A stretch of 64,000 nucleotides of DNA from Erysipelotrichaceae bacterium. Lineage in GTDB: Bacteria > Bacillota_I > Bacilli_A > Erysipelotrichales > Erysipelotrichaceae. The stretch lies in contig JAFRIG010000007.1 in the NCBI GenBank assembly GCA_017432895.1, forward strand, positions 927 through 64,926, in the 5' to 3' direction. Positions 46,222 through 56,377 of this stretch are shown piece after piece (position 1 is the stretch's first letter; the number at the start of each line of letters is the position of its first letter). A program made the translations under genes and the position numbers. The notes beneath the pieces were generated by a model. The model ran no database searches. It saw only the letters and a program-made list of their open reading frames with translations, and was not told where the DNA came from.

Positions 46222-47979
46222 ATGATTAAGCAACGTTTAAATGATTTGAAATCAGCAATGGCTGAAGAAAACATCGATGTCTATTATTTCAATACATCCG
46301 ACTATCATATGTCGGAATATGTGCCCGAATATTTCAAGACGATCGCCTATTTTTCCGGTTTCAGCGGTTCGTTGGCGACACTGCTGGTAGGGAAAGAAAA
46401 GACGCACATCTTTGTTGATGGCCGCTATCATCTGCAGGCGGACAGGCAATGTCTGCCTCATGATATCGAAGTGGTGAAACTTGGTTCAAAAGGAGCTTTG
46501 GAACCTTTGGCTTTCATCAAAAAGAATTATCCCGACAAAGTACTCGGTCTGGATGGCCGGCGGACTTCGATGGCTTTCGGCAAGTCCCTCAAAAAAGAAG
46601 GTATCAAAACCAAAAGTATCGACATCTATTCAAAGCTGATCAAAGACAGACCTGCTTTGAGTTCTTCCTCTGTTCATGAGCTTGATGAAAAATACACGGG
46701 TCTTTCCCGTAAAAAGAAGATGGAACTGATCAGCTACTGTCTGGGGGATAAGGTCCATATCGTCAACAATCTGGAATCGATCGCCTATCTGTTCAATCTG
46801 CGGGGAAGCGACATCATCCATACGCCGGTCTTTCTTTCCTATCTGGTGATCATGAATGGGGATTACTACCTGTTTGCGGATATCGAACGTTTTGACAGCG
46901 AACTTCTGGAGAAATTATATGCCGATGGCGTGATCATCAGACCTTACGATTCCTACTATGATTTTTTGCATACCATAAACAACAGGACCATCATCGTCGA
47001 TGAAAACAAGGTCAACTATGAGACCTATTTAAGAATTAAAGGACGCGGCAACAGGATCTGTCAGATGCGTTCGATCATCGAAGATATGAAGGCGATCAAG
47101 AATCCTGTCGAACAGGAAAACATGCGTCTGGCCCATATTTATGACGGTGTGGCGGTCTTACGTTTCCTGATGTGGCTAAAAGAGGTCGATAAGACTACGA
47201 TCAGCGAATACGATGCGGCAGAGAAGATCGATGCGATCCGTTTAGGTTATAAAGCCATAGATCTCAGTTTCGGCTCCATCGTCGCCTACAACGAAAATGC
47301 GGCACAGATGCACTATGCCGCCAAAAAAGGTGAAGCGGCGATGTTGGATAATAGGGGCATCCTCTTGTTTGACACTGGTGGCCATTACGAAGAGGGCACG
47401 ACCGATATCACCAGGACGGTGGCCTTAGGTGAGGTCGATGAAGAAGTAAAGAAGTATTTTACGTTGGTGCTCAAATCGATGTTCAACCTTTCGGAAGTCA
47501 AATTCCTGGAAGGCATGAGCGGTGCCCAACTCGACATCCTGGCCCGCAAGGATCTCTGGCAAGAGGGCGTTGATTATCGCTGTGGCACAGGACATGGAGT
47601 CGGTTATCAGCTGGCGGTCCATGAATCACCACCCAATATCCGCTATATGACTAACGGCAATGGCAGTCAATTTGCACCACTTAAGCCGGGAATGATCTGT
47701 TCGGATGAACCGGGGGTCTATTTTGAAGGCAAATTCGGCATCCGTTGTGAGAATATGATCATGTGCGTCAAAGATGAATGTAACGAATATGGTCAGTTTT
47801 TGCGTTTTGAGACATTGACCATGGTACCGTTTGATCGGAAACTGATCGATAAAACTTATCTGGATGAGAAGACTTTGAATGTATTGAATACTTATCATGA
47901 GCGGGTCTATGAGACCTTGAAACCATATCTGAATGAAGAAGAAGAGAGATTCTTAAGGGAGATGACGAGAGAAATATGA
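46222..47979 (+). CDS. pepP: Xaa-Pro aminopeptidase (M24 family, creatinase-like N domains)
   Basis: 585 aa. The C-terminal pita-bread fold carries 'DTGGHY', 'TDITRT', 'GHGVG' and 'EPGVY...G..G.R.EN' motifs. Confidence 0.85.
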   Translation: MIKQRLNDLKSAMAEENIDVYYFNTSDYHMSEYVPEYFKTIAYFSGFSGSLATLLVGKEKTHIFVDGRYHLQADRQCLPHDIEVVKLGSKGALEPLAFIKKNYPDKVLGLDGRRTSMAFGKSLKKEGIKTKSIDIYSKLIKDRPALSSSSVHELDEKYTGLSRKKKMELISYCLGDKVHIVNNLESIAYLFNLRGSDIIHTPVFLSYLVIMNGDYYLFADIERFDSELLEKLYADGVIIRPYDSYYDFLHTINNRTIIVDENKVNYETYLRIKGRGNRICQMRSIIEDMKAIKNPVEQENMRLAHIYDGVAVLRFLMWLKEVDKTTISEYDAAEKIDAIRLGYKAIDLSFGSIVAYNENAAQMHYAAKKGEAAMLDNRGILLFDTGGHYEEGTTDITRTVALGEVDEEVKKYFTLVLKSMFNLSEVKFLEGMSGAQLDILARKDLWQEGVDYRCGTGHGVGYQLAVHESPPNIRYMTNGNGSQFAPLKPGMICSDEPGVYFEGKFGIRCENMIMCVKDECNEYGQFLRFETLTMVPFDRKLIDKTYLDEKTLNVLNTYHERVYETLKPYLNEEEERFLREMTREI

Positions 47980-48725
47980 AGATCATAAGCTGGAACGTTA
48001 ATGGATTAAGAGCGGTGATGTCGAAGGGCTTTCTGATCCCTTTCATCAATGAAGAGAACCCGGATATCATGGCCTTTCAGGAGACCAAGATGCAGGAGGA
48101 ACAGTTCAATTTCAATTTCGACGGTTATTTCCGTTATATGAACAGTGCGGAACGCAAGGGCTATTCGGGAACGATGGTTCTGACCAAGGAAAAGCCGTTA
48201 AGCGTCGAATACGACTTTGAGGGTGAGGATCATCCCAAAGAGGGCAGAGTCATCACCTTGGAATACGAGGATTTCTATTTCGTTTGTGCCTATGTGCCCA
48301 ACTCCAAAGACGGTCTAAAGAGGATCGACTACCGCATGCATTGGGAAGATGATCTCAGGGCACATCTGGTAAAGCTCGATCAGAAAAAACCAGTCATCTA
48401 TACGGGTGATCTCAATGTCGCACATAACGAGATCGACTTGAAGAACCCGGATGAGAATCACTTCTCAGCCGGTTTCTCGGATGAAGAAAGAGGCAAGTTT
48501 ACGGAATTACTGGCGGCCGGTTTCAAGGACAGCTTTAGAGAATTGTATCCGGATGGTATCAAATACACCTGGTGGTCCTATCGGACCAGAGCCAGGGAAC
48601 GCAATGTCGGTTGGCGCATCGACTACTTCGTCGTTTCCGATCGTTTCATTGAAAAAGTCAAGGATTCACTGATCTACGATCAGATCCTGGGCAGTGATCA
48701 TTGTCCGGTAGGGCTCATATTCTAG
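47976..48725 (+). CDS. exoA: Exodeoxyribonuclease III
   Basis: 'MKIISWNVNGLRA', 'PDIMAFQETK' and 'SDHCPV' are canonical Xth/ExoA motifs. ATGA overlap with pepP. Confidence 0.95.
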   Translation: MKIISWNVNGLRAVMSKGFLIPFINEENPDIMAFQETKMQEEQFNFNFDGYFRYMNSAERKGYSGTMVLTKEKPLSVEYDFEGEDHPKEGRVITLEYEDFYFVCAYVPNSKDGLKRIDYRMHWEDDLRAHLVKLDQKKPVIYTGDLNVAHNEIDLKNPDENHFSAGFSDEERGKFTELLAAGFKDSFRELYPDGIKYTWWSYRTRARERNVGWRIDYFVVSDRFIEKVKDSLIYDQILGSDHCPVGLIF

Positions 48726-48734
48726 GAGGGAAAA

Positions 48735-50084
48735 ATGGAAGTCAAGGAATTTATTGAAAATAATTTTGAACAGATGAAGGTCGATCTGAAGACCCTGGTA
48801 TCTTTCAATTCGGTCAACTGCGATGATGAAAAACCGTTTGGTTCCAACAACCGCAAGGTCCTGGAAGCGGCTTTGAAGATCATGGAAGATAAAGGCTTGA
48901 AGACGGAAAACGTCGACTACTATGCCGGTTTTGGTGAGACGGGACAAGGCGACAAGCTCATCGGTATCGTCGCTCATTTGGATGTGGTGCCGGCTGGCGA
49001 AGGCTGGGACAGCGATCCTTTTGAGATGGTCGAAAAAGACGGTCGGGCCTATGGCCGTGGCGTTTCGGATGACAAGGGTGGAGCCGTGGCTTCGATGTAC
49101 GCCTTGAAGTATCTGATCGAGGAGGGCTATCCTTTCAAGAAGCGGGTCAGGCTGATCCTGGGCTGCAATGAGGAGACCGGCTCGGAATGCATCAGATACT
49201 ATGTTTCCAAACATGGCGATCCCGATTACGGTTTTACACCGGATGCCAACTTCCCGGGTATCTATGCCGAAAAAGGCATGTTCTCGGGATTAGTAACTGG
49301 ACATGATACCAAGTTCATCGACATCAGGGGTGGCGAAGCTTCCAATGTCGTCTGTAAGAAGGTCAAGGCTGTTTTGCCTAAAGGCTCGTTTGATATCGAA
49401 GAGTTTAAGGCTTATCTGGATGAAAAACAGGTCGGCTATGAAATAAACGAAGATGAAAACATCGAAGTTACCGTTCATGGTGTAGCGGCGCATGCTTCGA
49501 TGCCTGACTTGGGCGTCAATGCGATCAGTCATCTGTTTGAAGCCTTGTATTATTCTGAGTTCGATGATGAACTGGTCAACTGGTTCCACAAGTATTTCGC
49601 TTTAAGCGTTCATGGGCAGCTGCTGGGCTTTGAAAAGATCAAAGATGAGGCTTCGGATACTTCGATCAACTTCGGCGTCGTCTATAAGAAGGATGATGAT
49701 GTCTGCATCACTTTGGATATGCGTTTCCCTGTCATGAGCAATTGTCAAACCGTCGAAGATATGATGAAGATCGACGAAGGAAATGTAAAGCTGATCGAAA
49801 AGGGCAGTGTCGAACCGCTCTACTTCGATACCAATACCCCGATGATTAAGGCTTTGAAGAAGGCCTATGAAGATGTGACGGGTGACAAAGAAACGCCGAT
49901 GGAAGCGATAGGCGGAGGCACTTATGCCAAGTCTATCCGCAACTGTATCGCCTTTGGCTGTGAGTTCCAGGGAGAGGACAATCACATCCACGATGCCAAC
50001 GAGAGCCTGGATCTTGAAAACTTCAAGAAGCAGGTCGCGATCTATATCGAAGCGATCAGGAACCTCAACGAAATAGAAGACTGA
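48735..50084 (+). CDS. pepV: M20 family dipeptidase (PepV/Sapep-like)
   Basis: 'IVAHLDVVPAGEGWDSDPF', 'GRGVSDDKG' and 'CNEETG' are M20 metal-ligand motifs. 449 aa. Confidence 0.85.
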   Translation: MEVKEFIENNFEQMKVDLKTLVSFNSVNCDDEKPFGSNNRKVLEAALKIMEDKGLKTENVDYYAGFGETGQGDKLIGIVAHLDVVPAGEGWDSDPFEMVEKDGRAYGRGVSDDKGGAVASMYALKYLIEEGYPFKKRVRLILGCNEETGSECIRYYVSKHGDPDYGFTPDANFPGIYAEKGMFSGLVTGHDTKFIDIRGGEASNVVCKKVKAVLPKGSFDIEEFKAYLDEKQVGYEINEDENIEVTVHGVAAHASMPDLGVNAISHLFEALYYSEFDDELVNWFHKYFALSVHGQLLGFEKIKDEASDTSINFGVVYKKDDDVCITLDMRFPVMSNCQTVEDMMKIDEGNVKLIEKGSVEPLYFDTNTPMIKALKKAYEDVTGDKETPMEAIGGGTYAKSIRNCIAFGCEFQGEDNHIHDANESLDLENFKKQVAIYIEAIRNLNEIED

Positions 50085-50113
50085 TGTCTTCTGTTTTGTT
50101 ATAATGTTGATGT

Positions 50114-50926
50114 ATGAAAAACGTAAAACTCGCGCTGATCTACGACTTCGATAAGACCCTTTCACCCAAAGACATGCAGGAGTTTCATTATATCAGGTCT
50201 TTGGGCTATGAAGATCCCTCGGAGTTCTGGAAAGAATGCGGCGTCTTTTCCCAAAAACATAATTGCGACGGTATCCTTTCCTACATGTATCTCATGGCCG
50301 CCAAGAATCCCGGCTTGACCAAAAAGCAGTTGCTTGAAGAAGGAAAGTATGTGGAACTTTATAGAGGGGTCAATACCTGGTTTGAAAGGATCAACGCCTA
50401 TGGTAAGAAGCACCACGTCAACGTGGAACACTATGTGATCTCTTCGGGTTTGACCGATATCATAAAGGGTACTTCGATCGCCAAACAGTTCAAGAAGATC
50501 TATGCCTGTACCTATGCCTATGATGAAAAGGGCCGGATCCTTTGGCCATCGAGAGTCGTCAACTATACGATGAAGACCCAGTATCTTTTCCGTATCAATA
50601 AGGGCGTTTTGACTGAGACTAACGACGAGGATCTCAACTCCTCGACCCCGGAAGCGGAAAAATACATTCCTTTGGAGAATATGGTCTATTTCGGCGATGG
50701 AAGCACCGATGTACCAAGTATGAAAGTCGTCCAACAGAACGGCGGTACGACGATCGCGGTCTTCGGCGATGATTCCAAGCGCAAGAATGCGGAAAAACTG
50801 TTTGAAGACAAGCGGGCCACTTTCTTTGTGAAGGCCGATTATTCCAAGGGATCCAGGATCGAAAAGATCGTTGAAGGGATCATTGATTCTTTGGAAGTCA
50901 AAAACCGTTTAGAAGATTACCGATGA
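50114..50926 (+). CDS. HAD-superfamily hydrolase-like protein
   Basis: Motif I 'LIYDFDKTLS' (DxDxT) and motif IV 'FGDGSTDVPSM'. ATGA overlap with the downstream pullulanase gene. Confidence 0.65.
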   Translation: MKNVKLALIYDFDKTLSPKDMQEFHYIRSLGYEDPSEFWKECGVFSQKHNCDGILSYMYLMAAKNPGLTKKQLLEEGKYVELYRGVNTWFERINAYGKKHHVNVEHYVISSGLTDIIKGTSIAKQFKKIYACTYAYDEKGRILWPSRVVNYTMKTQYLFRINKGVLTETNDEDLNSSTPEAEKYIPLENMVYFGDGSTDVPSMKVVQQNGGTTIAVFGDDSKRKNAEKLFEDKRATFFVKADYSKGSRIEKIVEGIIDSLEVKNRLEDYR

Positions 50927-52629
50927 TGAACAGATACAAGGCGGATGATTTCGATATCGAAAAGCTGGGCAGTTTTTACGCTCCGGCCAAGACGATCTTC
51001 AGAGTCTTTTCGCCATACTACAAAGAATTATATTTAGTGATCAAGGGCCATTCTTATCAGATGCATAAGAAGGGCCTTTGTTTTGAGATAGCTTTGGGGG
51101 CCGATCTGGAAGGAATAGGCTATCATTATGAGACTGAAGATGGTGTCAGTTTTTGCGATCCTTTCGCTTATGCGGCGATAAACGGTGAGAGCATCGTCGT
51201 CGATCCACGTAAATTCATCAAAGAAAAGATCACGATGGCTGAAAACAAGGCACCGGTGATCTACGAATGTTCGGTGCGGGATTTTTCTTCAGCTCCTTCC
51301 TATTGCGGGAAGTATAAGGGCAAGTTTTTAAGTTTCACGGAAAAAGGGCTTAAGAGTCCGGAAGGTTTAAGCATCGGTCTGGATTATTTAAAAGAACTGG
51401 GTATCAGTCATCTGCAGCTGCTGCCGGTCTTTGATTTCGATAACGATAAAGGCGACTACAACTGGGGCTACAATCCTGTTGCCTACAATCATGTCAAACC
51501 GGCTTATCTGAATGATCCTGATGATCCTTATGCCTATGTCAACGAACTTAGAAAGACGGTCAATGTCTTGCATGAAAACGGGATCAGAGTCGTTTTGGAT
51601 GTGGTCTTCAATCATGTCTACAATCGCGCCAAAAACGATCTGGGGAAGATGTTGAAGGGACATTGCTTCAGACGCAAACCCGATGGCAAGCTGGCGGCAG
51701 GGACTTTCTGCGGCAATGAAGTGAAAAGTGAAGATCCTTTCGTTTCGGCCTATATCGTCAAGATGGTGGAAAGATATCTGAAACTTTTCGATATCGATGG
51801 CATCAGGATGGACCTGATGGGTATCAGCGATATTGAGACTGTCAATAAGATCCATGAGACATTAAGAAAACGCAAGGCTGATTTTATGGTCTATGGCGAA
51901 GGCTGGAATATGGGTGATGTCCTTGCAGAGGAAGAAAGAGCGGCCATACCCAATGCCGCTAAGATGCCGGGTGTAGCCATGTTCAACGACTATTTTAGAG
52001 AGACGCTGATCCACTATCTTTCGGGCAACAATAGTATCGATGAAGATGTCAAAAAGGCCCTGGCGGCCGATGAGAATTATCTGTCAGCCTCACAAAGCAT
52101 CAACTATGTCGAATGTCACGACGATTATACCTTCTATGATCGGATGATGTTATACAAGTCCGAAGATAAGATCGAGGTCAATGAGAAAAGAACGAGAATG
52201 GCCTTGGCGATGATTATGATCGCCAAAGGCCTGCCTTTCATCCATGCGGGACAGGAATTTTTAAGGACCAAGAATGGTGTCCGCAATTCCTACAATTCCG
52301 GCGATGAGGTAAACATGCTGGACTGGAAGCGCCGGGACAAGTATGCCGGCAGCTGCACTTATCTCAAACAGCTGATCGAAATAAGAAATAAATATCAAAG
52401 TCTCAGCGATGAAAACAGCAAGATGAGTTTCCTTTGTTTTGAAGGCTGTATCGCCTGTCAGAATGAGGAACTGCTGATCATCATCAACCCGACTGGGGCC
52501 GATCAGCTGTTCAATAACGGTCACCCGCATGAGATGATCTTCGATCATTCCGGCAGCTGCTTCTTCAAGGGTTTTGCGATACCGGTTTGTGCTTATTCGG
52601 TAGTGATATGCCGAAACAATGTTGTATAA
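50923..52629 (+). CDS. pulA: Type I pullulanase / glycogen debranching enzyme (GH13)
   Basis: 'YNWGYNP' (type I pullulanase signature), 'VVLDVVFNHV', 'GIRMDLMG', 'YGEGWN' and 'YVECHDD' (GH13 regions I-IV). Confidence 0.85.
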   Translation: MMNRYKADDFDIEKLGSFYAPAKTIFRVFSPYYKELYLVIKGHSYQMHKKGLCFEIALGADLEGIGYHYETEDGVSFCDPFAYAAINGESIVVDPRKFIKEKITMAENKAPVIYECSVRDFSSAPSYCGKYKGKFLSFTEKGLKSPEGLSIGLDYLKELGISHLQLLPVFDFDNDKGDYNWGYNPVAYNHVKPAYLNDPDDPYAYVNELRKTVNVLHENGIRVVLDVVFNHVYNRAKNDLGKMLKGHCFRRKPDGKLAAGTFCGNEVKSEDPFVSAYIVKMVERYLKLFDIDGIRMDLMGISDIETVNKIHETLRKRKADFMVYGEGWNMGDVLAEEERAAIPNAAKMPGVAMFNDYFRETLIHYLSGNNSIDEDVKKALAADENYLSASQSINYVECHDDYTFYDRMMLYKSEDKIEVNEKRTRMALAMIMIAKGLPFIHAGQEFLRTKNGVRNSYNSGDEVNMLDWKRRDKYAGSCTYLKQLIEIRNKYQSLSDENSKMSFLCFEGCIACQNEELLIIINPTGADQLFNNGHPHEMIFDHSGSCFFKGFAIPVCAYSVVICRNNVV

Positions 52630-52666
52630 TTAAGTTAAGTATTAATAACGAGGAGTATTATTAATC

Positions 52667-53821
52667 ATGAAAAAGAATAATATGGTAGCTATGATACTTG
52701 CAGGAGGAAGAGGATCACGACTTTTTGATTTGACCAAAAAGGTCGCCAAACCGGCGGTCCACTTCGGCGGCAAGTATCGCATCATCGATTTTGCGCTGTC
52801 CAATTGCGCAAACTCGCACATCTCGACGGTCGGTGTCCTGGTCCAGTACGAATCGATCCTGCTTAGCTCGTATTCCGCCAGAAGCTCGACCTGGGGCCTT
52901 GATTCAAAAGGCGGCGGTGTCTATGTCCTGTCTCCTAGAGAAAAGGATGAGACGGGTCTGGGCTTGTATGCCGGTACGGCCGATGCCATCTATCAGAACC
53001 TGGATTTCCTTGATCAGGAAGAAGCCGACTATGTACTGGTGCTTTCCGGTGACCACATCTACAAGATGAATTACGACAAGATGCTGAAGGCTCACCAGGA
53101 AGCCGGTGCCGAAGCGACGATCGCGGTCATCGAAGTTCCTAAGAAGGAAGCCAGCCGTTTCGGTATCATGAATACCGATAAGGATGATCGGATCATCGAA
53201 TTCGAAGAGAAACCCAAACAGCCGAAATCCAACCTGGCTTCAATGGGTGTCTACATCTTCTCTTACAAGTCCTTGAAGAAGTATCTGAAGGAAGATGCCA
53301 AGAATCCCGATTCATCTCACGACTTCGGCAAGAACATCATTCCGGCCTATCTCAAGGACGGTCTCAAGCTGCAGGCTTACCGTTTCAAGGGCTACTGGAA
53401 GGATGTCGGTACCATCGATTCCCTTTGGGAAGCCAATATGGACCTTTTGAAGGACAATTCGGGTCTGGATCTGTTTGATCCCGACTGGAAGATCTATACC
53501 GATGATGCCAGTGCTACGCCGCAGTGCATCGGTGACAATGCCAAGATCAATAATGCGTTTATCACCCAGGGTGCTATCGTCAATGGCGAAGTAGCCCATT
53601 CAGTGATCTTCTCCGGTGCCGAGGTGGGCGAAAAAGCCAAGGTCACCGATTCAGTTATCATGAACAACGTCGTAGTAGGAAAGGGCGCTAAACTGACCAG
53701 ATGTCTGGTAGCTGATGATGTAAGGATCCCTGAGGGAATGGTTTTAGGCAAGAAGGATTCCGATGATATCCTGCTTGTGTCCAAAGCCCTTATCGCAAAG
53801 GCAGGTGAAAATCATGAGTAA
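52667..53821 (+). CDS. glgC: Glucose-1-phosphate adenylyltransferase
   Basis: '[40 protein letters not shown]' is the canonical GlgC N-terminus. 384 aa. Confidence 0.95.
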   Translation: MKKNNMVAMILAGGRGSRLFDLTKKVAKPAVHFGGKYRIIDFALSNCANSHISTVGVLVQYESILLSSYSARSSTWGLDSKGGGVYVLSPREKDETGLGLYAGTADAIYQNLDFLDQEEADYVLVLSGDHIYKMNYDKMLKAHQEAGAEATIAVIEVPKKEASRFGIMNTDKDDRIIEFEEKPKQPKSNLASMGVYIFSYKSLKKYLKEDAKNPDSSHDFGKNIIPAYLKDGLKLQAYRFKGYWKDVGTIDSLWEANMDLLKDNSGLDLFDPDWKIYTDDASATPQCIGDNAKINNAFITQGAIVNGEVAHSVIFSGAEVGEKAKVTDSVIMNNVVVGKGAKLTRCLVADDVRIPEGMVLGKKDSDDILLVSKALIAKAGENHE

Positions 53822-54929
53822 AGTATTAGGTATTCTGAATTTCGAACCTTCATATGTCCATGTCAGAGGCCTGGAGGACTTCCGTCCGATCTCGGCCGCT
53901 TCCATTCTGGGACGTTATCGGGTCATCGACTTCATGCTGTCGAACTTCACCAACTCGGAGATCGAACAGATCAAGGTCTTCATCAAGAACAGGCCCCGTT
54001 CAACGGTCGAACACATTGCCCATACCAGCTACAATCTCAACTCCAAAAGAGGCAAGATCCAGCTGCTTCATGGCGATGTCGACAACAAGAACAACGAACT
54101 GTTCAACGTCGATGTTCAGGCGTTCAAGACCTACATGGAATTCATCGATGTCGTCAATCCTTCCTATGTAGTCATCGCGCCATCCCACTTCATCTACAAG
54201 CAGGATTTCCGTGAGATGGTCGACTATCATATCAAGTCCAAGAACGATATCACGATCCTGTATCACAACACCAACAACGGCGACAAGCGCTATCTGATGG
54301 GCGATCTGCTCACTCTGGATGAAAACAAGCGCATCACCGATATCTACAAGAACCGCGGCAAGAACAAAAAAGCTACCGTGTCTCTTGAGACCTATGTCAT
54401 GTCGACCCTGACTTTCAAGCAGCTGGTCGACGAAGCTTCCGCTACATCTTCCCTGTACTCGCTCTCGGATATCATTGCCGACTGCACAAAGGCCATGAAG
54501 ATCGGCGGCTACCAGCATTACGGATTCTATGCCTGCATCTCCACGCTCAAGGCCTACTATGATGCCAACATGGAGATCAAGAACGAAAAGGAAATGCTGA
54601 AACTAATTAATGATGATTGGCCGATCTATACGATGACCAACGACTCTTGCCCGACACTGTACAAGGAAGGAGCCAAGGTCACCGGATCGATCGTAGCCAA
54701 CGGCTGTCAGATCGAAGGAACAGTCATCAACTCCGTCATCGGACGTAATGTCGTCATCCGTGAGGGTGCTGTGATCAAGGATTCCGTCGTCTTGCCGGAT
54801 ACCCTGATCGACAAGAACGTCAAACTCGAATGCGGAGTTGTCGACAGGCTCTCGATCGTGACGCATATCAAGGATCTGAAGGGTACACCGGAGGAACCTA
54901 TCTATATCAAGCGAGGAGACCGTATCTGA
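53814..54929 (+). CDS. glgD: Glucose-1-phosphate adenylyltransferase regulatory subunit GlgD
   Basis: GlgC paralog lacking the G-rich loop ('[39 protein letters not shown]'). The ATG at 53814 overlaps the end of glgC, and the position between glgC and glgA matches Firmicutes. Confidence 0.85.
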   Translation: MSKVLGILNFEPSYVHVRGLEDFRPISAASILGRYRVIDFMLSNFTNSEIEQIKVFIKNRPRSTVEHIAHTSYNLNSKRGKIQLLHGDVDNKNNELFNVDVQAFKTYMEFIDVVNPSYVVIAPSHFIYKQDFREMVDYHIKSKNDITILYHNTNNGDKRYLMGDLLTLDENKRITDIYKNRGKNKKATVSLETYVMSTLTFKQLVDEASATSSLYSLSDIIADCTKAMKIGGYQHYGFYACISTLKAYYDANMEIKNEKEMLKLINDDWPIYTMTNDSCPTLYKEGAKVTGSIVANGCQIEGTVINSVIGRNVVIREGAVIKDSVVLPDTLIDKNVKLECGVVDRLSIVTHIKDLKGTPEEPIYIKRGDRI

Positions 54930-56377
54930 TGATTAGAGTACTGTTTGTTTCATTTGAATCGCTGCCGTTTGTCAAAACGGGCGGCCTGGCAGACGTCGTT
55001 TACGCTTTGCCTAAGGCTCTGGATAAAAACGAGTTTGAAGTCCGGGTCGTCATGCCGATGTTTAAGAGTGTCAAGGAACAATACTACGAAGGTATGAAGT
55101 ATCTTGATCATATCTATGTTCATAGCGGTTTCATCAACGAAGAAGCAAACATCTACTCTTATATCAATGAAGGTGTCGAATACCTCTTTATCGAAAACGA
55201 TACATATTTTAATCGCGACGGCGTCTACGGCTATGCCGATGACGCCGCGCGTTTCTCTTTTTACAACATTGCGGTCGTCGAGATGATGATCAAGATGGAT
55301 TATTATCCCGACATCTGCCACGAACACGACTACCATGCGGCCGTCTTGCCGGCGCTGTGCAAGGTCAGATATAGCCAGATCGAAAAGATCCGCAGCATCA
55401 AGCATATCCTGACGATCCACAATCTGGCCTATCAGGGCGAATATGACAAGCAGGTCCTTTTTGATTACCTGGCTTTCGATTACCGGGATTACGAAAGAGG
55501 GGATCTGCGTTTCAACGACTACTGCAATTTCATGAAGATCGGTATCATCTATGCCGATTTCGTGACAACGGTCTCCAAGACCTATGCCAAAGAGATACAA
55601 ACGCCGGAATTTGGCAACAAGCTGGATGTGATACTGCGCTATCGGAGCAAGGACCTCTATGGCATCGTCAATGGCATCGATACCGAATCTTTCGATCCTT
55701 CCAAAGATAAGGCGATCGCCAAGCGCTATTCTTTGCGCAACTATCTCGCTGGCAAACGCGAAAACAAGAAAGCTCTGCAGCAGCGTTTGGGTCTGGAAGA
55801 AAGGGAAGACGTGATGCTGGTGGGTATGGTCTCCAGACTGACTTTCCAGAAGGGTGCCGATATCTTTTTAGGTGCCATCCAGGATATTCTGCGCCTTGAC
55901 GTCCAGGTCGCCATCCTTGGCACCGGCGAGTCCAAACACGAGTATTCCTTTAAGATGCTGGAGAACGAAAACAAAAAACATTTTGTCTATTATTGCGGCT
56001 ACAATGAACCGCTGGCGCACGAGATGTATGCCGGTCTGGACATGTTATGCATGCCTTCGCTGTTTGAACCGTGCGGCATCTCACAGCTGATCGCGATGCG
56101 CTACGGCACTTTGCCTTTAGTCAGGGAGACCGGAGGTCTCAAGGATACGGTCGAGCCGCTTAACGAATATGAAAACAAGGGCAATGGCTTCTCATTCGGC
56201 CCTTATTCCGTCCAGGATTTCCTCAGGGTCTTCAATTACGCCTATACGCAATACTACGACTATCCCGAACGCTGGAAGATGTTAGTAAGAAATGCGATGA
56301 AGACCGATGTTTCCTTTGCCAGGTCGGCCAGGGAATACGAGGAGCTTTACAGAAAGGTGTTGAACAATGAATCTTGA
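54929..56377 (+). CDS. glgA: Glycogen synthase
   Basis: '[24 protein letters not shown]' is the canonical GlgA N-terminus (KTGGL). The ATG overlaps the glgD stop (TGATG). Confidence 0.95.
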   Translation: MIRVLFVSFESLPFVKTGGLADVVYALPKALDKNEFEVRVVMPMFKSVKEQYYEGMKYLDHIYVHSGFINEEANIYSYINEGVEYLFIENDTYFNRDGVYGYADDAARFSFYNIAVVEMMIKMDYYPDICHEHDYHAAVLPALCKVRYSQIEKIRSIKHILTIHNLAYQGEYDKQVLFDYLAFDYRDYERGDLRFNDYCNFMKIGIIYADFVTTVSKTYAKEIQTPEFGNKLDVILRYRSKDLYGIVNGIDTESFDPSKDKAIAKRYSLRNYLAGKRENKKALQQRLGLEEREDVMLVGMVSRLTFQKGADIFLGAIQDILRLDVQVAILGTGESKHEYSFKMLENENKKHFVYYCGYNEPLAHEMYAGLDMLCMPSLFEPCGISQLIAMRYGTLPLVRETGGLKDTVEPLNEYENKGNGFSFGPYSVQDFLRVFNYAYTQYYDYPERWKMLVRNAMKTDVSFARSAREYEELYRKVLNNES